DNA from: Octopus vulgaris | Lineage: Eukaryota | DNA: 64,000 bases | Direction: 5' to 3' | NCBI GenBank assembly: GCA_951406725.2 | Contig: OX597822.1 | Coordinates: forward strand, 62,062,001 to 62,126,000 | Shown: positions 36,778 through 48,185 of the stretch, piece by piece | How positions within the stretch are numbered: position 1 is the stretch's first letter | How the letters are laid out: every line of letters begins with the position of its first letter | Notes under the pieces: model-generated | What the model saw: only the letters and a program-made list of their open reading frames with translations | Databases searched by the model: none | What the model was told of the DNA's origin: nothing | Made by a program: the position numbers and the translations under genes

Positions 36778-38075
36778 CGAGGGACGTTCAATAAGTAATG
36801 CCTCTGACCCACTTGCAGTTGTTCGATCTAGCTAGTTCGATTTTGCATGTGCAATTATTGATATCTCTATAGATTAAGTGGCAAATTACAGCTCTGAGAT
36901 AATTGTGGTTTCTGATTTACAGGTGTTTGAACTGAGTCAAGTGTGAAATGGAGCCTGTTGAGTGTCGAGCAGTGATCCAGTTTTTGTATTTGAAAGGACG
37001 CACACCACAGGAGACTTTTGATGAAATGAAAGTAACTTATGGTGATGATGCCCCATCATATGACCTTGTAAAACGCTGGCATCGTAAATTCAAACATGGT
37101 CGGAACTCTGTGGAAACAGCTCCCAGATCTGGTCACCCCACTTCTGCCATTGATGAGGTATCTGTCCGTCAAGTTGAGGATGCTATTTTGGAAGATCGAT
37201 GCATAACTATTCACCAAATAGCACATGAGGTCAAGATTAGTACCGGGTCTGTGGAAACTATCATTCATGACCATTTGCATATGCAAAAGGTGTCTGCCAG
37301 ATGGATTCCCAGGTTGCTCACACCTTTCCAGAAGCAAGAACGCGTCGAGTGCTCGAGGATGAATTTGGAGATGTGCCAAGAAGATGAGTCAAAATTTTTC
37401 AAAAGACTCATTACACAGGATGAAACCTGGGTCCATCACTATGATTCAGAGACCAAAGCCCAGTCAATGCAGTGGAAGCACTGTGACTCACCTCCTCCAA
37501 AGAAGGCAAGGGTGCAGCCCTCCGCTGACAAGGTCATGCTGACAGTCTTCTGGGACCAGAACGGAGTAGTGATGACAGATTTCCTGGCAAAGGGTACCAC
37601 AATTACAGGAGCCTATTATGCTTCACTTTTGAGGAAATTAAGAGAAGCTATCAAAATCAAGAGGTGGGGCAAGATCAGCAAAGTCATCCTCCTCCTGCAG
37701 GACAACGCTCCAGTCCACAACTCGCGTCTCGCCAGATCAGAAGCACAGGCGTGCTGCTATGAACTCCCCCCCCCCACCCCCCTACGCTCCTGACCTTGCA
37801 CCCTCTGATTTTCACCTCTTCCAAGCCATGAAGTTGTTTTTGAAAGGAAAGCATTTCACAGATGATGCAGCCTTGATTTCTAAAGTCACGTCGTGGTTGG
37901 AGGACCAAGCTGGGGGTCTTCTACAAAAACGGTCTCCAGCGCTGCATCAAACGATGGGAGAAATGTGTAACTCTGGGTGGTTCCTATGTAGAAGAAGACT
38001 AATAACTGTGCCAAGTTTCGTTGCTCTACTGCTATGGGAAGTAGGTCAGGGGCATTACTTATTGAACGCCCCTCG
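36778..38075 (+). mobile_element. Full-length mariner (about 1.3 kb, Himar1/irritans-like), frameshifted transposase
   Basis: TIRs cgagggacgttcaataagtaatgcc / ggcattacttattgaacgcccctcg with TA TSD; WIPRLL, DETWVHHY, DNA and YAPDLAPSDF motifs; frameshift in the poly-C at about 37766-37782. Confidence 0.95.
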
Positions 38076-39225
38076 TATATACATATATACGACAGGCTTC
38101 TTTCAGTTTCCATCTACCAAATCCACTCACAAGGCATTGGTCGGCCCGGGGCTATAGCAGAAGACACTTGCCCAAGATGCCACGCAGTGGGACTGAACCC
38201 GGAACCATGTGGTTGGTTAGCAAGCTACTTACCACACAGTCACTCCTGCGCCTATACTGTTAAGATATTTTTAAATATAATTTATAGAATAAATACGATT
38301 AACGAAAATATGTTCAATCAAGTGTACCAAGCGCGATGTCTTATTCGCAACATTCTGCATGTGTAAGGATGGACAAATAAATTTGGCACTCGTGAATGTA
38401 TTTTCGCTAATCCTTTTACTTCTGTTAAGTTTTACAATTTTATTTTAAAACGAAAGTCTATAATGAACCAAGGCATTCGATAACAGTATTTAAAGAAAGT
38501 GAGCGTCCCATGATAGGTGTAAATCGATGGAATGTGTATTGTATAGTACTGCCCATTCACCTCTCGATTCTTACTACAGCTGTTTTATATTTTAAAACTA
38601 CTGTATGAACAAACTAACAAAGGAGACTACGTTGCAACTAAGCTCGTTAGAAAAGCAGCTAATCTCCTTCGAACCATCCCCTGCATCTTAAAAGAGACAT
38701 GTTGGATAATAGTGTCTGGGGTACATTATTCCTGAAAATAAAAGTGGATGGTCATGGCTGGAATGGCTTTGATCTGTCTACAAGAGAACAGCCAACTTCG
38801 GGTTAAACAATAATATTTGTACGAAAATACACATTTTTACAGACAATTCAAGGATCGTAAGAAAAAAATTACTTAAAAATTATGTAAGAAATATTTTAAT
38901 GGGGTGGGGAAAATAAATTCCTTTATATCTTTCAAATGTATATTTAATTTGCTTTCATTTTTTGTTCAGTCAATAATTACATGAAGTATAACTATAGCAA
39001 TTTACAGTTGACATATTTCTACACTTAGCCCTCAAGCAAAAATAAACACATAATTACCATAATAATTCAGTATTTATTAATACTTGTATGTTGATACTGA
39101 AAAGTTAGAGTGAAAAAAAAAAAAAAAACAGTTTAAAAAAGTCAAAAGGAAGGAAGGAGGGATGGAAAAGTCAAAAACTTTCAATCTGGTTTCACAAACA
39201 TTTTCTCCAGCTGTAAAAGTTCTGA

Positions 39226-40101
39226 TTAACAAATCTGACTGTCAGATACTGATGGTACTGTCACCTGTCCTTTGCCCTCGATTATAAGTGGTTCACCTTT
39301 ATAGGTAGCAACGCAGCTGTTGTTGGTTTTTACGTCTGGTTTAACGAAGTCCCAAATTTTGTTTTTAGGAGTGATGACGCGTTCCGGTTCGCCGGGGTAT
39401 TTGGCACACACGACACGGTCACCCGGAACACTTCCTGGTGGTGGTCTCAACAGTTCAACTTTGTCTCCGTTGTTGGCACCAAGAATCATTCCTTCAGATA
39501 AGACACCACGCAGCTTAGCAGGTTTCAGGTTACTTAAGAAAACACACAAATGGCCCTCAATATCCGACAACGGAACGGCACCAACGAGACCGGAAACTAC
39601 AGTTCGTGGTTTCTCTTCTCCCATATCGACTTCTTCAACGTACATCTTGTCAGCATCAGGGTGCTTTTGTGCAGACTTAACAAATCCTACCCGGATATGT
39701 AATTTGGATACATCCACCTCAGAAGTCTTGTTGTCGGAATTAACGGGAGCAGCTGCCTTAGGGGCAGCAGGCTTAGGAGCAGCTTTCACTTTTTTAACTT
39801 CGATTTCTTTCGTTGGTGAAACTCTCTGGTCTGTAGTTATTTGATCTAAATTCCTTTTGTTCGGAATAGGTATCTGTCTTATCCCATTACCGATTTCGGC
39901 GAGCATTAACTTCTTTTTGTAGTCACCCACCTCGATTTTCAGTCGTTCATTTTCCCGACGGATTCGTTCTTCTTCTTTTTTCACAATATTTTTCATTGCT
40001 ACACGTTTCACGTCTTCTAGTTGGTGTTTCAACTTAGCCAGGATTTCTTCGGCAAGAGTGGCCCGTTGACTTAGGTGCCGGATCGCAGATTCAGATGTCA
40101 T
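39226..40101 (-). CDS. AIMP1: Aminoacyl-tRNA synthetase complex-interacting multifunctional protein 1 (p43/pro-EMAP II), intronless
   Basis: 291-aa intact ORF: N-terminal coiled coil, then EMAP II OB-fold motifs KHPDAD, PRTVVSGLV, NLKPAKLRGVLSEGM, PPPGSVPGDRV, VATYKG. Confidence 0.95.
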   Translation of the reverse strand: MTSESAIRHLSQRATLAEEILAKLKHQLEDVKRVAMKNIVKKEEERIRRENERLKIEVGDYKKKLMLAEIGNGIRQIPIPNKRNLDQITTDQRVSPTKEIEVKKVKAAPKPAAPKAAAPVNSDNKTSEVDVSKLHIRVGFVKSAQKHPDADKMYVEEVDMGEEKPRTVVSGLVGAVPLSDIEGHLCVFLSNLKPAKLRGVLSEGMILGANNGDKVELLRPPPGSVPGDRVVCAKYPGEPERVITPKNKIWDFVKPDVKTNNSCVATYKGEPLIIEGKGQVTVPSVSDSQIC

Positions 40102-41780
40102 CCTTCTGATTTTTTACCTTTTATATACTTTTTCAGATCTTTGTTGTAGAATAGATCGCACGTTGCATCAGACAACAGATTAATTATCGTTATACTTTCA
40201 TATCTCTTTTACAAGAAAGCTTCCTGGGTTAAAATTTAGAGTTAACTCCCCTGATATGAAATTATCTCATTTCAGATTTGTCCTTTCATTATCCCTCTAT
40301 CAAAGAAGTCGTTCTTACGTTCTTACGAACAAAATGCTTGGGGGCATTCCTTCCGGTTTTACGTTCTGAGTTCAAGTGCCACCGAGGTCGACTTTACCTT
40401 TCATCCTCTTGAGATTGATAAAATAAGTACTAGTCGAGCACTAGGATCGTATGTGATCGACTGGCCCACTCCCCCAGAATTACAAGCCTTGTTCCTATAG
40501 CTGAAAAGATTATTCCGGGGCCGGTAAAATAAGTTTCCAGTGAAGTACCGGTGTCGATGTATTTGACTGTTGTCGCTTTCAAAATTTTCGGCCTTTTACT
40601 GAGATAAGAAATCAATTTCCGTTTCAATTCTCGTTGCAGTCTTTGGGGCGATGTTTCGTTTTATAATCCAGAAAGTGAAGTGAAGCAACCGAAATTAGCA
40701 TGTATTCTTTGAAATGTAATAAAGTGATGCAAGCCTAACGTTACAAAATGATAACTGTGAATTTTGGTGGTGGTGGTGTTGGGGAGATGTTTTTGGTTTA
40801 TTTTATTATATCTTTTAACTTTTACCTACATCAGTCATTGGACTGTGGGGCCATGTTGAGGTACTGCCTTAAAGGGTTTAGTCGAACAAATACACTCTTT
40901 GTAATTGTTTTTTTCTTTTTATAAGTTTGGTACTTGTTCTATCACTGCTTTTGGCAAACTACTAAGCTACGGGGCTGTAGATAAAACACTGCTTGTCAAG
41001 CAGTGGTGGGAGCATACACATACACAAAAACACAGATGTGTGTGTGTACTGTTTCGTCATTGAAGAGATCAGGAAACAAAATACTCCATCTAGTACATTG
41101 CTGTATTCATCATGCACGTATGTTTTCAATGCGTTGCAGGCGTACGATACATAACGACGACGTTTACAAGACGCACAAATATCATCTCTTATCGTTTACT
41201 TGTTTCAGTCACTGGACTGCGGCCATTCTGGGGCATCACCTTGAAGGGTTTAGTCGGACAAATGGATCCCAGTACTTCTTTTTTAAGTCGACCACTTGCT
41301 CTATCGGTCTCTCTTTGCCGAACTGCTAGGTTACGGGGACGTAAGCAAACCAATACCAGCTGTTAAGTGATTGTGGGGGACAACACAACACACACACACA
41401 CACACACATCCATGTCTTCAAGTCAAGAGATTTACGATGCCGCGGCTCAACGATGCTCTGGCATCTAGTGGGCTTAAGGACCGCATCTCTTGTATGAGAG
41501 ACCTGGCATTCGCAAAAGGAAGTCCCACCGTTACGTTGTTTGGTTTACCCCACCCTTCTCTTCCCCTATGTGAGAAGAATATTCCTTAGATTGGTGGACA
41601 AACACTTCACTCAGTCACACAAATACAGACGTTTGTTTTTTCGCCACAACCTAAGGTTATCCTTCAGTTGCGCGCTCAACGTTAAGAAAATTTTAGCGAG
41701 CATCCTTAAGCCGCGAGCAGAGGCAGGATGCTCATGTTGACAAATATTATTCAAATTTCTTATATATATATATATATATA

Positions 41781-44173
41781 TCTAATATATAAAATCCGTT
41801 CTGTCTGTCTGCTTCTGTGCTTATTACTCGAGTATTGTTCCTCTGATCGCGCTGAAAATTTTAAACATGGATACATGAGAGAGCGGGTCATTCTGTGATC
41901 TAAAAAGATTTTCAAAATTTTCAAAGTGACAATCGTTATTTTTGTAATCTTTTTGTCCCGTTTGTTCCGCCATTAAAAGCAATGAGTTTGCTCAGATAGC
42001 CGGCACATACCAATTCGCTAGCAACAAGGGGAGTGCAGGATGATAGTCAGCCCAAACCGTCACTATTCTGTCTCTCTTCTTTCCTCCCTCTGTCCCTCTT
42101 ATGATGTCCGATTCCACTTGAAGTTGCATATATATTGTGTTAAGATTCGTTATCAATCAATTGTCTTTATTGAGAAGAAACAGTCAAAAGTAACCACAAC
42201 ATACAATCACCAAACATCTCCACTACTTAATACTGCCCAAGTTAACCCTCTTTACCTTTACAGCTGACATGAAAAACTACGACGAAAAGGCAACCATTTT
42301 AATTAAGCGAAAACGAGAAAAAAATTGATTGCTATTAAAATGCGTAAAATTTTGGGGTTAATAATCTTAATCTTTAGTTACAGTTTCTCATTCAAACTAC
42401 ATAATAGGCAGAATTGTCGGATTAAGATAGGGTGTATAGACATATACACATGCAGATATACAGAAAATCGAAATAAAATACTTAAAGCAACAGGCGTCAA
42501 ATACAACAGCCAAGGTCCATGCAGTGGAAATTTCGAACTTCTTGCCTAATGTGAGCCAAGTGCAATCTCTTATCTCTTACACTATTTCAGTATATCGTCT
42601 CTATTGTAAAGTTGTGAGATAATACTTACAGTTTGAAAGAGGCCTGTCCTATATATATATATACATATATATATATACATATATAAATTCCTTATGCATT
42701 CAAAAACGAGTTACAGATTTTGACATATGAGGTATCAAAAGATTCAGTACTATTTCGATTACAAATTAAACTTAATTTCCATTCACATATTTGCATTTCA
42801 AAAATTTAACATTATAATCTTTTCCACAAAACAACTATCATAAACATTTTATACGGTAATATCACATTTTCTATATGTGTGTGTATCTTAAAAGACATGA
42901 ATCATCACGACACACACCTTCACTCACTCACTCACTCACACACATATTCTATCTCTCTTTCTCACTTTCTTTCTCGCTGTCACACACTCGCACGCACGCA
43001 CACACACACACACACACACACCTCCATTTCATATAGCCGTACATACATCATTCACTTTCTCTGTCCTTTTCGCTTTCTCTTCTTTCAATTTTTGCTCTCA
43101 TCAAATACATTTTTACGGATACAACTGCATACAAAAATAGGGATTAATGTATAATTTCTTTCTATGTTCATAATTTTTTTGTTTACAATATTGAAAAAAC
43201 TATGCTACCAAAGAAAAGACGTAATCTCTCCAGAAACAAGTATAAAGCAAAGAGGATTGTAGAAAACCGAAGGCGAGAGTCTGAAGAGAGAAGCGAGATG
43301 AGATTTTCTCAAGATCAGCAAATGCAGGTTGCAGCACTTAATGCTGGATCATTAATCAATGTTTTAATGATTAGACAGAGGTCCAATGGTATAGCTCTCA
43401 GAAACAGATTTCATACAAATTCGTTCTTCACAACTCCTGAAGCTGTTTTCAGATATGATCCATCCCATTCTTATAAAAATAATAACTCTTACCAAATTGG
43501 TGTGCTAAACACAAATTGTCGTTTCTGTAGAGCTTTAAAAATTTCAAATGAAACAGATTGTATGTACTGCTCGGGCGGTCAGGTAACATTACCAGTACTA
43601 CCGGCTCCTTCTCAACCTCTTATGGATCTTCTAGAAGACACTTCTATCCAGTCAAAGTATTTTCTGAACAATATCAGACAATACAACTTTGCCTTTCAAA
43701 TGACATCGTTTGGTGCATCTAAGAAGATAGATAAACATGAATTTACGCCGACGTCAAAGTTCAAGGGTAAGTCTTTCACCTGTTACCCAAAAAGGAACAA
43801 CCACAGTTCCTCCAAATTTACTTTATGAATGATGTAGGCCAACAAACCCGAAGGAGGTGTCAAAATTTCAGATGATGGGTCGTGTTAGACACAGCGCCAA
43901 CTGCTGCAAAAGAAAATATATCCACTGACAGCTTTTCGGTGCGTTAAAAAAATCACATAACCCCCACCACCATTTTCCATGACACGTTAGGGCATGAAAT
44001 ACTCCAAACAAACGCATAGCATGTTGCTTAGTCGAATTAGCCCATCATTTACTCCACAAATGTTTTGTTGTCAATGCTGCACTTTCCCATATCACCTGTT
44101 TCAACATAACTGTAATATATTATATACAAAATATGCCATTTTAATCCCGAGCAATGCCGGGTATCTCTGCTAG
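41781..44173 (+). mobile_element. Internally deleted Helitron with RepHel N-terminal fragment
   Basis: A|TC start; 3' hairpin cccgagcaatgccggg then CTAG|T. ORF 43202-43828 has CRFCRALK...CSGGQVTLP...FLNNIRQYNFAFQMTSFGA, typical of the Helitron N-terminal region. Confidence 0.85.
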
Positions 44174-44334
44174 TGTGTATGTATGTATATATATATATAT
44201 ATTTAAATTATGAGGGTGATAAATTGAATATTAATTTAATTAACATCAATTTAAAACCAGTAGTCTAGCATATAGAAAAATCTGAAAAATTGTATTACAT
44301 GCAATATATACGAATATGCATACATACATACATG

Positions 44335-45968
44335 TATGCCGACTTTCTTAAGAAAGTCGGCAACAAAATAGAGACAGATATCTATTATAAACCGACAGAC
44401 TCCAAGCAGTACCTACCCTTTGATTCATGCCACCCAAGACACACTAGAATAAATGTCCCTTTTGTTTAGCTAGAAGGATTTGGACCATAATATCAGACAC
44501 AATCACCCGACACATACGTCTCCAGGAACTTAGAACTACACTCATAAATAGAAATTATCCACAGCTCCTAATAGACAGTGCAATCCAACGAGCACTTAAA
44601 TTAAGTGTAGAAGACCTGAGACAAACAAAACCAAAAAAAGAAAGAAAAATTAAAAACCCTTCCCTACATCTCTACACACAACCCACTTAACAATGAGGCC
44701 TTCAACACCATACTACAAAGCACAGCCCTACTAAAGGGAGACCCAAAGATGAACCGGATCCTCGAAACACACACCATCATCAAAAGTAAACGGCAGCCAA
44801 AATACTTGAAAAAAATTTGAACCCAGGCTAAACTGCACTCAACATCAACCACAAAACCAGCAGTTAGAAAATGTGGAAAGCCCAACTGCGGAATCTGTGT
44901 CATCTTGGTAGAAGGTTCAGAATTCACATTAGAACAAGGCCATCAGTTCACCATCAGAACAAACTTCACCTGTGCACCAGAAAACTTAATTTACGTCTTA
45001 ACATGCGCAGGTTGCAATAAGCAGTATATAGGCCATACAAAAAACAGCTTACGTAAAAGGATGGCTGTGCATAAATCCCAAATTAGAAACCCTGAATACC
45101 GGAAAATACCGTCAGCGGACACATAGATAGATGTGCTTCAAATAAAAATCCGAAATTTACAACTTGCCCACTTTACAAATTCAGTGACAGCGTAACCTTC
45201 ACTCAACGCCAAAATAAAGAACTTTATTTCATTAAAAAATTTAGACCAAGTCTGAACACCCTAGGCCAGGAATATTAAAACAAAACATTGGTCTTCCGAA
45301 AAGAAAAATGGAATTCTACCACAACCACCACGATTGTTCCTACTATCACTGCTACTACAACCACGGTGGTCACTACTATTGCTGCTACGATCAACAGTCC
45401 TCCACTACTGCTGCTGCTACTACGGCCACAGCTTAACTGCTACAACCCCCAACCACCACCACGGTTGCCACTACTACGACCAACAGTAACTGCTACTACT
45501 GCCATTTCAGTCACTGGTCATCCTACTGCTGCTAAGACTGCCAACAGCTGAGCTGCTGCAACCCCAACCACCACCACGGTTACTACTACTACAACCAACA
45601 GTCACTACAGCTGCTACCATTTCAGTCGCGGGTCATTCTAACACAAGAAAACTAAAAAACAACCACGTGGATCCCGTTGATACTAGCAAGAAACAATAAT
45701 GAACTTCTTTACTACACTCAACTTGAAATTTATAATTATTATACCTACTACCGACAAAACACCACCACATGGATTCTATTGAGACCAGTAAGAAAAAATT
45801 AATGAACTTTTCTATGACACTTTACTTTTTAAAATATTTTTGATAAGGTTCGTTTTTTCAAGAACCGAAACATGTAAAATTCATAAGAAAATTAAAATTG
45901 ATATAATATAGTAGCGTTTTCAAACTTCTTTTCTAAAAATATATACCCACTCGTACACGATCTACTCT

Positions 45969-45975
<7 letters not shown>
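44335..45975 (+). mobile_element. 5'-truncated Penelope-like element (RT thumb + GIY-YIG endonuclease + pLTR)
   Basis: YKPTDSKQYLPFDSCHP near 44385; CGKPNCGIC and NLIYVLTCAGCNKQYIGHTKNSLRKRM (GIY-YIG); hammerhead in the 3' region. Confidence 0.9.
45836..45880 (+). ncRNA. Minimal type I hammerhead ribozyme, U3:A8 core variant
   Basis: attt TTGATAA ggttc(gttttttcaa)gaacc GAAA cat GTA aaat. Confidence 0.6.
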
Positions 45976-46016
<41 letters not shown>

Positions 46017-46143
46017 GTTAGAAGTATTGGGGGTGATGTACAGATTTAATACATATGAAAGAAAAAAGGTGTTCAGAATCCTGGATGTTTGTAAAGATAT
46101 ATATTTATTTACATATCATATATAATATATGTAAAAAAAAAAA

Positions 46144-46785
46144 GGTATTTTTAATGAAAATTTCTCCAAATACTTTTCAGATGGTGTAGATTGCGATGAT
46201 ATCAGAATTTAGTGTGAAGAAAGAAAGAAATAACCTTCCTCGAATTTCTTTCGTCATATGTTTTCATGAAGAAGACTACAATAATGTTGAAAAAAAAAAT
46301 TACTTTAGAGAACCATTACATATGTTTCCTACTGATTTCTTAATCGAATAATTAAAAAAAAAAAAAAAATTCATCGCAGTCTTAATTCCTTTCCTTTCAA
46401 CAAACTCAGAGGCAGCCCTTTCATTACGAGGTCGCTTGGTCTGCAAGAAACAGCAGAGATCATGTGGGTATATTCTATGACATATAGCATACAAAACAGC
46501 TATCCCCTCAAATTCATTTCTGAAAATTTTAATCTCAAATTATGCTAGTATTTCTAGAAAAGTTCAACTTCTTAAAAATTACAACTTAACAAATTCCAGC
46601 GAGAAAGGGTAGAACAGTTCTCAAAAGTTTTTTTTTATTTTTTGAACATAGTTGTAATCGTATGAGGAAACAAAGACGAGATGCGTAAAATATCTCATTG
46701 CTTCCATTTTTTTTTTTTCAACATCAATCTCTGATATAATCGTAATCTGAAAGATGTCTGAAGAAAATTTCACTAAAAATGCCTA
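46144..46785. mobile_element. Old MITE-like element with long diverged inverted arms
   Basis: About 46144-46312 is a degenerate reverse complement of about 46617-46785. Confidence 0.5.
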
Positions 46786-48185
46786 TTCATATGAAAGTTA
46801 TGTGGAAGCAAGATCAAGAAGCGGGTGTGCCTGCATATATTTCCGCAAAATGCACTGGTCAGACGGGAGATCAGTAGGAGACAAAATTGCTATGATGTCT
46901 CAGTGATTCTCAACCTGAAACAACGTGGTTCCAACTGAGCTTCAATAACTACACAACCGTACCGGCGCCGAGGAATGGAATGATTTCTGCTCCTGTGTTT
47001 CTGAAGCGTTCACCCATCTTTAGGCTCGACGTTGCTTATTTATACATATTTAGGTGTAAAAACCGTAACATTAACTATTTTTAGAAGTGAAAAAAAAAAT
47101 CCTTTTAAAATATATTTATTTACTTTTTTTTTTTTTGTTTTTCTGAATTTCTGTTCTGAACGAACAAAATAAAAATTCTAAAAAATAAAGGTGATTAAAA
47201 AAAAACTCATAGTGAAACGAATAAATGCATCTTTCAATATAAATGCAATATCTTCATTATATGCACAAAAGTTCTTCAGGACGTCCCGAAATTTAACCAC
47301 CTGTGAAGAATTACTTAGTAGTGAACCGTTGCGGAATCACAGATAAACTTTGATCAAAAACTTTCCACCTGCGACCACTTTGTATGCTTAAAAATAACGA
47401 AGGAAGAATATTTATTTGATGCGTCATTCTTTCTCTCTAATATAAAGGGTGTAATATGAAGGCGATTACGTAGGTGTTTCTAGCAGGTTGAACGATCCCA
47501 TAGAGGCTCTCTTCTTAGCGGAAGTTGGTTCGTAGTTATCTGCCCCTGTTGGCACGAATTGATTTTTGTTCGGTGGATTCGCAGACAAACCTCTTTTTTA
47601 AAAAACAGAAATTCTTCAGGCTGACAACTTGGGCCTAACTGTGTGTCGCTTGGATGTATCCAGGTCATCCTTAAAAGTAATTTAGACCACAACCCAACGG
47701 CTCCTAATTTTCGTGTTTGTCCTATTCATCTTTTTATCTCCGCAAGTTAACAGAAAGCTCTAAAAAAAAAAGAGGTTCTGTAAAACAAGCAAAAAAAAAC
47801 ATTTAAAAATTTTATAAACTAAAAAAAAAGCATCGAAAGAAAAGAAAAACAACGAAAAAGCAAAAAACAGAAAAAAGAAAAACAACAAAAATCCGAAAAA
47901 AAAAGGAAAATTAAAAAGTAAACCTCACAATACATACGACAAAAACAAAATAATTTCCAGAAATTCTAAATTAAGTATAAAGTAAAAGGACATAAAAAAA
48001 TAATTGCAGAAATATTATTTATTATTAGCTAATAGCTTCTAAAAGTAATACAAACCACAGAAAGAAAAGAAAGAAGGAATACGACATCCGTGAAAGCCAA
48101 ACCAAAAGCAGGAACGAAAGTTCTACAAGGTAGTTTAGAGAGACTAAGAGATTGAAAGAGGAAGACAGAAAGAACAAGTGCAAGA

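Noticed and set aside
43202-43828. Cellular zinc-finger gene
   Set aside because: Lies between Helitron termini, matches the RepHel N-terminal region and is truncated by frameshift.
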